Shown here: piece by piece, positions 23,935 to 37,031 of the stretch
Numbering within the stretch: position 1 is the first letter of the stretch
How the letters are laid out: each line of letters opens with the position of its first letter
Assembly (NCBI GenBank): GCA_010093745.1
Contig: MU005967.1
Location: 124,001-188,000 of the forward strand
Origin: Piedraia hortae CBS 480.64
Taxonomy: Eukaryota
Direction of reading: 5' to 3'
Length of the DNA: 64,000 nt
Position numbers and translations under genes: made by a program
Notes under the pieces: generated by a model
What the model saw: only the letters and a program-made list of their open reading frames with translations
Databases searched by the model: none
Told to the model about the DNA's origin: nothing

Positions 23935-24272
23935 TTATACGACCTCCCTCTTGCCCTCCTTGGCTTCTTTCTGTCACATAGTCAGGCCATGAACCGGCAT
24001 GCGTGTGCGGCTGTACTAACCAGAGCCCTCATGGTGCCGTGGAGCGCATGACGGTGGTTACGCCTGAACTTGGGGTCGGTTCCTTTAAGAGAGGGGTAGC
24101 GGTGCGTCTTGGGCTTCTTGATACCGTTCTTGTGGTTCTTCTTGCTCTGGTTGTGTTGGGACGAATTCTTCGATTCTGTAAAGAGCGGCTTCGTTAGAGT
24201 TATGCGCGCAAAAGGAAAGCGGAGAGCGACAGAAACGCTGTACGCTGACCGGAAGAAAGACATACTGGCCAT
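23935..24272 (-). CDS. RPL29: 60S ribosomal protein L29 (eL29), 65 aa; exons 24272-24266, 24175-24021, 23970-23935
   Basis: Spliced product [71 protein letters not shown] and GTTAGT donors with CAG acceptors. Confidence 0.95.
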
Positions 24273-24418
24273 TGTGTATGGTGAGGTGTACGTGCGATGT
24301 GTATGTGCGGTAGTTTACGCGGCCGACGTCGATTTCGGTGTGGAGCGCGCCAAGACTGTGCCTGAGGCAGAAACATCACATTGACTGCATATGACTGATT
24401 GACCAGACGCTTACCTAG

Positions 24419-25615
24419 CTATCTACCTCGATCAATGGCTCCGACTATTGCTCCAACCATAACTGCTGCCTCTCTCTCCCAGTTCCCTCCCTCCTTTGCA
24501 CCGTCGCCCGGTAACCTCGACCCGCGATGAATACAGTCCCGGATTGCTTCCCTGACCTTGGCCTTGCTACTCCTCAGCGTCCTCGCGCTCACCCCTCCGC
24601 GCGCCAGAATCTCGCCAACTCTCGGCGCCATCTGATCCGACATTGAGCGCCAGAAGTAAGACGGCAACGACTGGGTATCTAGATGTTGAAGGAGTGGCTG
24701 GAGCAGGTTATTCGAGGAAGAGGTAGAGTCTGGAGGAGAGGTGGACTCGAGCAGAGCTTCCAGCGCCACAACATTTTGACACCTCGCCGAAATCTCCAGA
24801 AGTGTCTTGTCTAGAGTTGGTAGCGTTGCAAGGGCGCGAGTGAGGGCTGCGAGGGAAGCCGTCAGTGCCGTGTTGATGTAGCCTTGCAGTGCCGTTGTGA
24901 CCAGTTTTGGTGAGAGGAAATGCAGCGCCTGTAGAGCATCCGTAGTGCGCGCCTTAGTTCCCTCTACCTGTGCAAACGTCTGTCCACTCGCAGTGACCAG
25001 GTTGGACATGCTGAACTCGCGCACAATCTGTTGGGCGCGCGCGAGGAGAGATCGCTCTGCCGGGCTGACGACTTCTTCTCGCAGTGCCTTGGCTAAGTGT
25101 ACGCCTTCCAGCCCCGGTGCGAGCTGCTTGAACTCCACCAGGGCGCGTGCGGCAGGTAGCATGTTCCCTTCGCCCACGTGGCCGTCCAGCCGCTTGGCAA
25201 GCTGGAGGCCACGCTGGATGTTGCGTCCAAGACGTAGCGTAGCCACCATGCGCTCTGCTGCGAGCCGAGAGCGTTCAGCTGCTTCGTGTCGTTCAATCAC
25301 ATCGCGCTCCAGTCGCGCATAGCTTTCCTTTAGTTCCGCAATCTGACGCTCCGCCTCCGATACTATCCGTTGGCCAGCTTCATTCTGGGCCTTGGTCTCG
25401 GTGATGAGTGGCAGAGCGTGGGTAGTCGTCAGCGTGTCTATCAGAGTGTCGACTTCTTGCACGTCAAAGAGAACGCGCGAGAGCGGAGTGGAGAGATCCA
25501 CCGTCGCATCTTGTGCATTGTTTGTTTGGAGCACAAGGCGATTCGCGTAGGCCGAGGGAGAGAAGTCTGGCGACGTAAAGGTTGCGTAGTCTATGTATTG
25601 TTGTTCGGACGCCAT
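24419..25615 (-). CDS. COG5: Conserved oligomeric Golgi complex subunit 5
   Basis: YIDYATFTSPDFSPSAYAN, DLSTPLSRVLFDVQEVD, SLPSYFWRS, RGGVSARTLR, WEREAAVMV. Confidence 0.85.
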   Translation of the reverse strand: MASEQQYIDYATFTSPDFSPSAYANRLVLQTNNAQDATVDLSTPLSRVLFDVQEVDTLIDTLTTTHALPLITETKAQNEAGQRIVSEAERQIAELKESYARLERDVIERHEAAERSRLAAERMVATLRLGRNIQRGLQLAKRLDGHVGEGNMLPAARALVEFKQLAPGLEGVHLAKALREEVVSPAERSLLARAQQIVREFSMSNLVTASGQTFAQVEGTKARTTDALQALHFLSPKLVTTALQGYINTALTASLAALTRALATLPTLDKTLLEISARCQNVVALEALLESTSPPDSTSSSNNLLQPLLQHLDTQSLPSYFWRSMSDQMAPRVGEILARGGVSARTLRSSKAKVREAIRDCIHRGSRLPGDGAKEGGNWEREAAVMVGAIVGAIDRGR

Positions 25616-25767
25616 TGGTGTGTGGGTGTGACGAAGTATCTGAAGACTCAAGATATCTGCAGGAACTACTGGAAACCGGGTATCTAAACCATCCCCAACA
25701 CCAACAAGGCCCTTACCGTCTACGCCGTCCCATGGCTGGACCCTCTACCCTTTGCCTCTTTCAGCTG

Positions 25768-27464
25768 CTACGTCGAAGCCTTTCGAAAAAGTGCCAAACG
25801 AGCCTTTGTTAGCAAGGGTGGAGGTTGATCCTCTGGTTTTTTGTCAGATTCTGTTAGAGGTGGACTGTGGCCATTCTCTTTCTTCAACGATTCCTCTTCA
25901 CCTGATTGCTTGACTCGCTTTGAGATTCGACGGACAAGACCACTAGGCTCTGTCAATTACCTTTCAGCTATTACTGACGCGCTAAAACTCACCTGGGCCG
26001 TAACTCCTTGCGAGAGCCTGTCAATGGACGCGGAGCCTCCACTTGTTTGGGAGAGTCCTTAGCGTTGTCAACTTTTCCCGTCTGCCGAGCACCGTGGTGT
26101 GTCTGTGATCTTGTGATGGGTGGAGCCGTTGACATGTCTTGCTCAGGATCGATTGCTGTTCCATAGCTTCGAGATCGCGACGTCTTTCCCATCTGGACAA
26201 CCTGGCCGTTCGCCTCATCTGGTGGATTGCTCCTCAACGGGTCGACGTGCTGCAGAAAATCCACCAGCTCAGCTGTATTTCCTCGAGCAGATCGTGGTCC
26301 GCGAGGCACACCCGGCGATCCTCTACCTTTGCTGTTTGGCCTTGCTCCAGTATTCTGGGGTGGAGGCGAAACAGACTGCTCCTGCTTCTCTGCGACAGGT
26401 CCAGACTGCTTTTCCGAAGCCTCCGTGCTCTTCTTTTTCTTTGGTTGCTTTGGCAAAGGCTTGTTGAGCGCCAGCCGTTCCGCAGTGGACGGTGAAGGTA
26501 GTTCGCGAGAATATTTTGACCGCACCGTTGGCTGTGTCTTGAATGCAGAGCCACGCCAAGGTTGATCAACACCCTCCTCCACCGCAGTCGCTATCTTGGA
26601 CATCTCTCCCAGTATGGCGCTTAGTTGGAGCAGAGCGTCGCTTAGATGCTGCCCTTTGGTCAAAAGCTCGAAGAGATAATCCGACCAGCCTTGTTCATTG
26701 CCACGCATCTCTTCGTATGCTACGGTACTTTTTCGATATCCACCTGGCCACACGCTCTCTACGCTGTCTAAGTACTTGCCCAACTCCCTGTTCGCACGGA
26801 GCCCCTCCTGAATGTCAATTACCGAAGCAGACAGAGCGGCGCCCGTCCGGGCTATGATGTGCTCAATCTTCTTGTGTCCATTTTGCAGTTGGGAACGGAA
26901 ATTTTCGTCAGCCAGCATGGCGGCGAAGACTTCCATGTGTCGCATCGGCTGGCGCAGATGGCGTGTGCGCTGCTTAATGTCTGCAATAGCAAGATCCAAG
27001 TCATCGCTCGTCCGCTCCATGAAGTTGTCCATGTCAATGACATGTGTCTGCAGAATCCTGAGGACTTCTTTGGTAGATTTCGCTTGTTCTTGCTGCAACA
27101 AGTGTAAGCCGAAGATGATTTGGGACATGAGCTTCAACAGAGGGTGATGCTTCGCATCTGGCCCTTGGCTCCAGCGTGCTACCCATCCTTCATCGTAGCG
27201 TTCAGCGTCAAGCAGTCGTTTCCTGCGGACCTCGGCAGTAACGCTGACTTCGCTTGCCTCTGATTTCATGGTCTTTTGTTCCGTCGAATCGAAAAAGCTC
27301 TCCTCAAATGCAGATTGCATGGCAGGCACCGGGTGCACAGGCAGGTCCAGCGCATCAGCTTTGCCACCTCCACCCTCTGATGTGGAATGATAGTCATCCT
27401 CATCCTCATCCGTTGCCTTTTCGACCGACTCACGGTCCTCTGTGTGCCCAGGCGATGCAGTCAT
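25768..27464 (-). CDS. Hypothetical protein; exons 27464-25993, 25942-25768
   Basis: 491-aa ORF with a helical core (HPLLKLMSQIIFGLHLL, MRGNEQGW). A 50-nt GTGAGT...TAG intron joins it in frame to the 25768 ORF. Confidence 0.7.
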
Positions 27465-28299
27465 ACTACGGCAAGTGCCTCATCATGTGCGTCGTTTCCA
27501 GCAAGTTGCATTTGCTAAATACGAGGCGCTTAAGCGCCTTCGGCATGAGACTCGCGATGGCGAGATTTCACACGAGGCTGAGTGAAACGCCCAATTTCCC
27601 ACAGGCTTACGGATCCTTTGACCACTCCAGTCACGCGACTTCCTTTGGGCGGTGAGCGCCATCCACTGTGCCATTGCAAGTTTCGCATGTAAGACACACG
27701 TGCGGCGCACAGCCGTTGGGTGCTGATCCTGGTAGCCTGGACCAGGGAGCGTTTCAGTCTGGAGTCTGGAGTGTCCCACGATAATGCATCTTGGGGCGCA
27801 AAGGAAATCCGATTGGCCAGCGGCTTGTCAGGGTCCATTTAAAATCCAGCCTTCTGGGCCATCCAAGCGGAGGAAGATGTTATGTTGATGTTTAAACGGT
27901 TTTGGGGGTGCGATGGCACCACCCCAACAATGCTATGCTCATGCATCGCTGCTGAGAATGGGCTTCGCAATGTGGGAGCCTGTTTGGGACGCCAGACAGT
28001 TGTGAACCTTTCGCTTGTCAGAACAGGTCCGCATAAGACTTGTACTGTAATCATGGAGAAAATGTAGAAATGTTTTGGCCGAACTCGAACACCATTCGGT
28101 GGCAACTGGAAGGCTCTGGCGCCTTGCACTGTGAACTCATCCCCAATTGAGCCCCACCTGTCTCTGCCATCATGTATACTATCATTAACCTCTTTGCTAG
28201 ACTCTGGGTGTTATGTGGATCGTTTGTTTAACCCAAGGTGTTGACATAAAATTATCAAAAACTCGTATGATCACGAGTTGGTAATCCCATATTTGATAC

Positions 28300-29723
28300 C
28301 TACCAGCCCCTCCAGCGCACCCAAACATCCACAACCTTGTCAGGCTTGGCGCTCTTGCTGTCCACAACTAGATACCACCCGAAGCCCGCCCCAGCGATGC
28401 AAGCGTGGTTTGGCCAAATTAGCAGTTTATCCCCTATTTTCAGCTCTCTCATATGATCCATCGAGCCTTCCCAAGTGAGAACGCCATGTTCCTGGCTGAT
28501 ACGACCAACAATCCATCCCGTTCGGGATTGCTCAGGATCATAGTGTGGTGACGCCAGACCCTCGGGCCACGGAGATACAACTCCCCATCCTGGATAGCTT
28601 TTGCATGGTTCCCGGCCCAAAGCGAGTGAGCCTGCAGCGACCAAAGCCTCTGGTTTCTTGTCTCTGTCGGCATAGACGCTTACCACTTCGACCAATGTAC
28701 GTGCGCCCAGATCGGAAAACGACAACAGGCTCGAATCAGGCTCGGATATGCTGTGGGAAGGGCGAGCGCGCGTGGCAAGTTGCTGCATATCAAGTAACGG
28801 ATAGACTCCGGCATGCAGCTCGACGTCAAATGTTTCCTGGACACGACTGATCGTCTTTCGTAAATTTCCAGCCGTTTCATGGTAGTCAAAAAGGTTCTGA
28901 ACTGACGTGGCAGTCGGTGTAGCACCCAGTGACAGTACAATTTTGGAAGCCTTTGAGAAGTGCATACCAACCATCTTCAGAAACTCAAGAGCTCCCTGCT
29001 CGAGGCCTTCGATTTCATCACGCAGATATTCAAGTGCTTCACCTGGATTACTTGAGCTGTACGAATTGCCCATGTGGGTGTAGAAGCCCGCGACGCGAAC
29101 GCGTTGGGAAAACTTTAGCTTGTTAGCAAGATCTGCTAATTGTTTCGACCCAACCATGGCCCCTTCGCGATGGTAACCAACATCGATAAAAACCCATATG
29201 GGTATCGGCCCAGGCCAAGAGTATTTATCGACGTGGTCCAACATTTCAACATGAGTCACATGGTCAACAAACACACCAACTGTGTCTACGCCCAATGTGC
29301 TGGCAACATTAGCTAGCCTCGGGATTGAGGACCGAGATATTGGAAGCCCATAGAGCACCTGACATGGGTTAAAGGAGAGCACCAACTCCAGGTAGGTCAT
29401 ACATTAACCGTCTTCCCTTCTGTTTTGCTCTTCATCAACCATGGCAGGAGATTTTCTACTTCGGACACGGTTGAAGTGACTAGCTTGACTGGTCCTGTGC
29501 CGACCTGTAACTTGGTGACCTCCGTAGTCTTGTGAGTTTTTACATGAGCTCGAAAGCCAAGCTGAAGTTCATCACATGCATCCAACATCACCTGACAATT
29601 GCGCTGCACTATGGCTCGGTCGAGGACCAGAGCAGGGGTCTGCACATCCTGCAGACTCTTCCCCACGTATTCGAGGTAGAGAGCGGATGTCGAGGGAACC
29701 GGATAGTTGAATGGAGCGCTCAT
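28300..29723 (-). CDS. D-serine dehydratase-like PLP enzyme (alanine racemase fold); exons 29723-29403, 29358-28300
   Basis: FRAHVKTHK (PLP lysine), IDVGYHREG, YTHMGNSY, GATPT, SQEHG, PNHAC; 44-nt GTATGA...CAG intron. Confidence 0.88.
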
Positions 29724-29804
29724 TGCGTTGTTTTCGAAGTGCCCCGCCAAGACTTTCCTTAGCACCGCACCGTGACATCACACACATACATCAACGCTGT
29801 AGAC

Positions 29805-30869
29805 ATGGACGCGCCGGGAAAGAGGAAGCGAGACAATGAACACAGTGGTAATCAAAAAAAACGAACCATAGTATGTCCAAACGGTGCGGGATGCTGATCA
29901 TAACTGACCAATTTTGAGACTAAAAAGCAATGGAGAGTACTTCGCAAGAATGAATACCCTGCCAAGCAATCAGCGACGATACAGCCGGGCGATAGCGGTA
30001 TCTGGGCCACTTGCAACAAGGGAAAAGAGGGCAAGTGCGTTACAGAGCTGCGAGAGTTGTTCAATGTCTACGCCGAAAAACTATATCCCACCGCAGCTAC
30101 TCAGCAGACCAGTGCCGCGTCCCAGGAATTAATCGCAGATGATGAAGACATTGAGCAAGCGATTCAACGCGAAGTTGCAGAGATTCGTAAGCCCTCAACC
30201 CCCCAGTTGTTCACTCATGTGCACATAAATATGCCGTGCGGTAGGTCGCCTTATATGGATACAGCTCGGTCCAATCTGACAAGATAACAGTGGTTTTCTT
30301 CAAGACTATAGCTCCCGTGGACCCCGTGTCGCTTGTGAGGCAAATTTGTGAAGATGTCTTGGAGCATCGCGAATTAAAGCGCACCCACTTCGTAATGCGG
30401 CTCTCTCCGATGACAATGATAAGACGTGCATCCACCGAGGGGCTGGAAAAAGTAGCTCGGGAGGTATTGTATACGCACTTTCATCAAGGCCCTGCATCTC
30501 CCAAGAAGGTATGCTAGATGATCAATATTATCAGCAATTGCAGTTCTGACAAACAAAGTTTGCAATTCGTCCGACGATCCGCAACCACGACACGCTTACT
30601 CGGGAGGAAGTAATCAAGCAAGTTGCGTCTATTGTCGGGCCGAACCACAGCGTGGACCTCAAATATTATGACCTGCTCATCATCGTGGAAATATACAAGG
30701 TGCGCCCCGCTTGACGCAAGCCACCGGGTGGCTGCAGCTGACGGGTTCACAGAACGTGTGCGGCATGGCTGTCGTCGACGGCAGCTTTGAAAGGCTTAAA
30801 CGCTACAACGTAAGCGAGCTTTTGGGCCCTACGCCCAAAGATGCCATTGGCCAAATGGCAGCTGCTTAA
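29805..30869 (+). CDS. THUMP-domain protein (Tan1-like tRNA acetylation adaptor), 5 exons
   Basis: Spliced frame gives IQPGDSGIWATCNKGKEGKC, VFFKT, RLSPMT, FAIRPTIRNH, HSVDLK, NVCGMAVV, LKRYNV. Introns at 29871-29918 or 29927, 30241-30290, 30509-30558 and 30700-30752. Confidence 0.85.
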
Positions 30870-31840
30870 AAGCCCAATCAGCCATGAGGGCAGCAATGTG
30901 TCGGAGAAGCCGACAGGCAAAGAGGTATACACCTACAGATTTCAACTTTCCATCCACACGTGGCCGTCATCACAGCAAAGTTGCTATTATCTCAAATATT
31001 GCATTTGAGAGCACGTGAGAGCGCATCTGGTGGCAGTCACGACGAGATCATGTCATTAAGTTGTAGATCTTGGGTGGCTTGCGGCGGACCGCGTGCTGTT
31101 CCTTGTTCGAAAAATTCCCCGAGACATTCTGGAGAAAAAAAATGGTGGAAATGGAGCAACATATTGACGAATAGGACCAACAGAGTGGTCAAAAAGGAAC
31201 ATTCCAAAATGTGTGTGGACAGCGGCCCGACGTCCGCGAAGATTAAGCTTATCCACCAACCGGGGTCTATACGTCCCGACAGGGTGGGACCAACGTTTGG
31301 CTGTCATGGGAGGAGCCGCCCAGATCTCGGGCTAACCCAGAACAAACATCCGGCCGGGCTAGGATCTCGCATCCCAACCCATGGCGTCCAGAGGCAGTTT
31401 GACGCCGCAGGCTCGATTAGCGAACGGAAAGTTCCCTGGTTGCCCTACCCATAGCCACGCTACCCTGAGGCTGCCATCAACAATAGTCTCACGCCAACAC
31501 TTGGCGGACCAATGGTGGGAAGTGCAATATCTTTAAAGGCGACTGATCCACAGCCACCAGCACCGTACATGTTTCGCCCGATGCCGGTGTTGCTGTTGGG
31601 CGGCTTCCGGGATGATGTTCCCCCGATCCACACACATCAATCCGTGTGGACGACGGCGCAAGTGCCGAAAATGACAGCTGAGATTAATTTCCATCGGCCA
31701 GCCCACCGCCGAGTAGGCGGCCGAGTTCGGGTGTGTTGGTAGCATGAGCAAATCGTCGGTCTCCCTGAGCGTCTCCTGGGCCAGACTTAAATTGACCATG
31801 GCTCCTCGCGAACATTCCTCAATGAATGGCTGTTCACAAA

Positions 31841-32844
31841 ATGTCAAGCAATCCATCCTCGCCAAACGTTGCGTCCATCATTCGGATAGCTGCTGGTGCT
31901 TTGCAATCCAGATCAGTTTCAGTCGAGCCTCTCATGGGCTATCACTATCCAACTTATCGCGTTACCACGGCGAGCACGGCAAGACAGTTCTTCTACATCT
32001 GTAAAGCCCGACCAAGCAACCAAAACACGTCTTTACGTCATGAGGGCAATTGCCTAGATCGCGAGATCTGTGTGCTACAAGGACTGAACAATCGGCCATT
32101 GATAGTACCACCCAAAGTCGTCCACTACCACAGCAGCCCATCTTCTTCTGGATGCCAATATCTCATCACAGGCCCCTTTTCCGGATCAATACTGGCGCAG
32201 GTTGAGCCTAACTTGTCGCGATCGGATTTAGCCCTCATTGATCAGAGCCTTGGAAGGTACATCAATCGGATGGCAAACGTGGTAGGGCCAGGCTTTGGTC
32301 GTGTCGGTCAGGCACCTGGGCAGGAGTCCTCATCATGGGCCAAGGTATTTTCAGGTCTTTTGGAGACGGTCATGGCTGACGGCGAGAATGCCGCCCTTAA
32401 TCTACCATTCAAAACCATGCGTGAGCTGCTCCACAAACATCGAGGTTCACTGGACAAGATCACCCAGCCGCGATTGACCCTGCTTGAGCTGTCGGGGGAT
32501 AAGAACATTATGGTTGGTCAGTCGGACCACGTAGTGCACAGCTTACTAGATTACTCAACCGCGGTGTGGGGTGATCCGTTCATGTGCGATTGCTTTGTCA
32601 AGCCAACCACATGGTTTGTTGAAGGGTTTGGTCGACTGCCTAACAAGACCAAAGATGAGATAATACGACAGTATTTGTAAGTTCGATGGCCTCAATCGTG
32701 GTCGTTAACTGACCAGACAGCTATGTTCTATATCATGCAATGGTTGTGATTATTAGGTGTCACTACGCGACCTCGTCAAGCAGTGGGTTAACGGAGGCAC
32801 GACAAAATCTCTCCGCTTCAATGCACCATCTAGCAGTGATATGA
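31841..32844 (+). CDS. Aminoglycoside phosphotransferase/kinase-like fold protein; exons 31841-32676, 32721-32844
   Basis: SLRHEGNCLDRE, IDQSLG, PRLTLLELSGDKNIMV, LLDYSTAVWGDPF; 44-nt GTAAGT...CAG intron. Alternative start at 31826. Confidence 0.7.
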
Positions 32845-33646
32845 ATTTCCAAAGAACGTTCACGTCTGACTCGTCGATGGCTCCGGCTCACCGACGTCCT
32901 AACATTTTCACGTGCGGCCAGTCATCGATGCCGCTGAACAAGCCACTAGAATACGATGAGGTATTTTTATCAAATCTCATTGTTCTTTCTCGTTATGGCA
33001 AAACATGTTCTGTCATGCGAGATTGAATTGTCGGAGGACAGGTCCTACCTTCCGTCAAACCTCCGACACAAAACGGGCCTCGGGTGGCTGGATGATCATA
33101 TTGTTTTACCAATTTTTTTTTGGTGCTTCGCTACTTTGTCCCATACCCATATTTCATTGCAAAAGATTGGAAGTAGATGAAAGCCGAGAAAAAGATGGGT
33201 GAATTTATTACAACTCTTCCCAGATATCTATGCAGGTCGAAACCACTCAATCTGGCTGAGGTTGATCTGCAGTAGTCCACAAAAGGTCTCCATCAAATCT
33301 GCCAGAAATTCTGCATGTGCCGAGTGGCGTCATTGAACGTGAAAGACAGGGTTGCTGCAGGGGACCAATGAGAGGCGTTCTTGGCCCGTTTAACAAAGAT
33401 CCAACACAAAACGTGTCTACAACTTCAGCCTTATTTGAGCTGACGTAATTGTGCTTGCTAGGAACCCGAATGAGGCATGATCAGGTCGAAATATCAAACA
33501 AAAAAGGTGAAGCGTGTAATAATTTCAGGCCAGCTTGCGGTTGAACCCCGCACCAACACTTTCAGATCGGGGCGGACACAAGATCACCAGAACGTTCCCG
33601 AAACCGATTGCTAAACATTGTTTCATATAGAACAACAGTTGCAATC

Positions 33647-35298
33647 ATGAGATATTCGTACGGGCTGTTGGGCCTTGCGGCTTTGGCTGCCGCGAGCGAT
33701 GTTCACGACCTCACGCAATCTTCGTTTGACGGTTTCATCAAGGAACATGACCTGGTTCTTGCAGAGTGTGAGTGCTTGTAACAAGATTAGAGATGAAAAA
33801 CTAACCTGTGACAGTCTTCGCCCCCTGGTGTGGCCACTGCAAGGCATTGGCGCCGGAATACGAAGACGCAGCAACGACGCTAAAGGACAAGAACATTGCG
33901 CTCGCAAAGGTTGACTGCACGGTCGAGCAGGATCTGTGCCAAAAGTACGGTATTGAAGGATACCCGACTCTCAAGGTCTTCCGTGGGCTGGATGTCGTTA
34001 CGCCGTACGCGGGCGCCCGAAAGGCCCCGGCTATTGTGTCTTATATGACCAAGCAGAGCATGCCTGCGGTCACGCAACTGCAAACAGCGACTGAGCTGGA
34101 GGCTTTCAAGACAGCCGACAAGGTGGTTCTCGTGGGATTCTTCGATAAGGGCGATAAGACCAGCAACGCAACATTTGGCGAGGTTGCTGAGGAGCAGCGC
34201 GACAGCTTTATGTTTGCTGCCACGTCGGACGCCGAGCTGGCCAAGGCTGAGGGCGTCAAGCAACCGGCTATCGTGCTCTACAAGGCATTTGATGAGGGAA
34301 AGAACACGTTTGAGAAGAAGTTCACCAAGGAGGCTATCACCGAGTTCGCCCAGGTGGCATCAATGCCGCTTATTGGAGAGGTGTCGCCTGAGACTTATGC
34401 CAACTACATGGCCGGTGGACTTCCTCTGGCTTACATTTTTGCAGAGACTCCCGAGGAGCGTGAGTCGTTGGCCAAGACGCTCAAGCCCGCGGCCGAAAAG
34501 CACAGGGGCAAGGTCAACGTTGCAACTATTGATGCCCAGGCGTTTGGACAGCATGGCCAGAATCTCAATCTCGAGGTGGGCAAGTGGCCGGCTTTTGCCA
34601 TCCAGGACACCAAGAACCACCAAAAATATCCGTATCCGTCGCAAGGCAACGTCAAGGACTTGTCGGAGAAGAAAATTGGCCAATTCCTGGACGACTTTGT
34701 CGCCGGTAAGTTAGAGCCATCGATCAAATCGGAGCCTATCCCAGACAAGCAGGACGGACCGGTGACGATTGTCGTGGCGAAGAACTACCAGGATGTTGTC
34801 ATCAAGAACGACAAGGACGTCTTGGTAGAGTTCTACGCACCGTGGTGTGGTCACTGCAAGGCGTTGGCTCCCAAGTACGACGAACTAGGACAGCTCTTCA
34901 AGGCGCACTCGGACAAGGTGGTGATTGCCAAGGTGGATGCCACAGCGAACGATGTTCCCGACGAGATCGAAGGCTTCCCGACGATCAAACTGTTCCCCGC
35001 AGGTTCCAAGGACTCCCCGGTGGACTACGCCGGCAGCCGGTCAGTTGAAGATCTGGCAGCGTTTGTACGGGACAACGGCGCTCACAAGGTGGATGTCATG
35101 GGTGAGGGCTCCAGTCCAGCAGTTGAAATGGAAACAGACCATATGCCGCGCCAAGCCCCGGCCGCAACGCCCTCACCCGCTTCGGAGCCAGCCAGCGCCA
35201 GCGGCGAATCCGTGGCCGAAAAGGTCAAGGACGCGGCGGGCAAGGTCAAGGACATGATTTTGGAAGACGACGACATGGAAGAACATGACGAGTTGTAG
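33647..35298 (+). CDS. PDI1: Protein disulfide isomerase; exons 33647-33767, 33815-35298
   Basis: Signal peptide MRYSYGLLGLAALAAA, two APWCGHCK active sites and C-terminal HDEL; 47-nt GTGAGT...CTAAC...CAG intron. Confidence 0.97.
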
Positions 35299-35379
35299 TG
35301 AATTCGGTTTTTGTTCTTTGTTATCATTATCTGTACCTGGTAACCCCTATCCATTCCATCCAATCCCAGGGTATCATCC

Positions 35380-36885
35380 TTACATTACCGCACACTTGTG
35401 CTCATCATGATGCTCAACAACCGCACTAGACCTCCCCTCATCAGCACCCTCAAACTCCTTCTCCCTCTTCCTAACCTCCAACCTAAAATACTTTAGCATA
35501 AACTCCAGTGCCTCAAAATCAATATTCCTCCCATTCGCCTTCATCACACTTTCCGCATCACAAACCACACAGTGACTCCTCCCTTTCGCCTGCAGCTCAA
35601 CCACACAACCCACGCAAAACCTCTTATCACAGCATCCCAATCTCACCGGCTTCCACGCAAGCTTCCCACAAACAGGACACATCCAGTCCTGCGGTTGTGG
35701 CGTAATCGACAACACCTTCGACGCAAGTTCCGCGTACAAATCCCTCGCAATGGATGCGACCAAACCATCTTTGATAAAAACCTGCCGTGGAACGACGAGA
35801 TTTGTCCTCTTCGTAAATTTTTTTAGGATTTTCCTTGTTGCACGGATGTTCACTTCCTGGAAGTGCATGTATTTCAGTATTTCGAGGTTAAGGTCAAGGA
35901 ATTTTTGGGTTGCGAGCTTTGCGGCGGGGGTGCGGAGTTTACTGTAGAAGCCCACAGTGCGGAGTTTGGTGTCGAAGTCTGCGAGGCGCGACTTGGAGTC
36001 GGTGAAGGAGAAGGGGATCATGGATCCTCCAGACCCCTTGGAGGTAGTCGAGGGGCCTCTGGGACCCCTAAGAGGATAAAAAACATCTTCATCGGTATAG
36101 ATGCGGAACATCTCCCGCCAGAAGTAGAGGTCGCGGTAGCTGACGCTGCGTTTTGCTTCATAGCCTTCGCGGACGGGCTCGATGATGTCCTCTACCGCTG
36201 CGCTGAGTTCGAGGATTTCGTTGGCGAGACGGTCTTTTTCCGCATGGCGGAGGGCGCGGAGTTGGGATATCTTTGGGGATAAAGAGGAGAAGAAACTTCG
36301 GGCGGAGTGGAGGGGCATGAGGATCCATTTCCCTTCTTCGCTGCCATCGGGGTCTTGGGGTTCTGCTTCGCCTGTGGTGGCGGCTGCGGGTGGATCAGGG
36401 TTTGCCGGTGCGTCTGGTGCTATGGTCTCTGCGGCGTCTGCTTCCGCGTCTGCTGCTTTAGCTGCTGCTTTCGCTGCTTCTTTTTCTGCGTCGATGTCTG
36501 CCGCTCCTGCATCTATGATTGTCGCTATCGTGTCTTTCTCCGCCTTCGCTTCCCCTTCTCCTTTCCCTTCCCCTTCCAGAGCCCCTCTTCCCTCTTCCCT
36601 CCCAGCATCAGTACTCCCCCCACCCCTTCCTCCTCTTATTTCCACCGCAAGTGCCGCATCAAGAGGGACACCCGTCTTCCTATCCACGAGGACCCTAATT
36701 TGCGGCTCATCCGTCTGTTCCGCAAACAGCGAGGCCTCTGAGCCGTTCAGTCCCAGCGAATCAACCTCCTGCTGCACTTTCTTGATACATTTCTTCAATC
36801 TCTTATAATCAATCGCGCTATTGAGCCATGTTTGGGGAAACGGCTCGGTCGAGAGGGTGGTTTGGTACTCGTGGCCGAATTTCAT
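35380..36885 (-). CDS. SPX plus RING domain protein
   Basis: SPX motifs MKFG, IDYKRLKKCIKK and RKILKKFTK; C-terminal RING-like CPVC...CCDKRFCVGC...CVVC. Confidence 0.85.
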   Translation of the reverse strand: MKFGHEYQTTLSTEPFPQTWLNSAIDYKRLKKCIKKVQQEVDSLGLNGSEASLFAEQTDEPQIRVLVDRKTGVPLDAALAVEIRGGRGGGSTDAGREEGRGALEGEGKGEGEAKAEKDTIATIIDAGAADIDAEKEAAKAAAKAADAEADAAETIAPDAPANPDPPAAATTGEAEPQDPDGSEEGKWILMPLHSARSFFSSLSPKISQLRALRHAEKDRLANEILELSAAVEDIIEPVREGYEAKRSVSYRDLYFWREMFRIYTDEDVFYPLRGPRGPSTTSKGSGGSMIPFSFTDSKSRLADFDTKLRTVGFYSKLRTPAAKLATQKFLDLNLEILKYMHFQEVNIRATRKILKKFTKRTNLVVPRQVFIKDGLVASIARDLYAELASKVLSITPQPQDWMCPVCGKLAWKPVRLGCCDKRFCVGCVVELQAKGRSHCVVCDAESVMKANGRNIDFEALEFMLKYFRLEVRKREKEFEGADEGRSSAVVEHHDEHKCAVM

Positions 36886-37031
36886 GCTTGTTTCATATTT
36901 GAATGTTTCTTTTTATAGATTCATAGAGGTTGAGAAAACATGTGGGGGACGCTAGCGGGGAGTTCTTTGAACTCACACAAAGGTTTGTAGACTACACGAT
37001 GGGAGACATGATGGAAGAGAGGTGATGAGGA

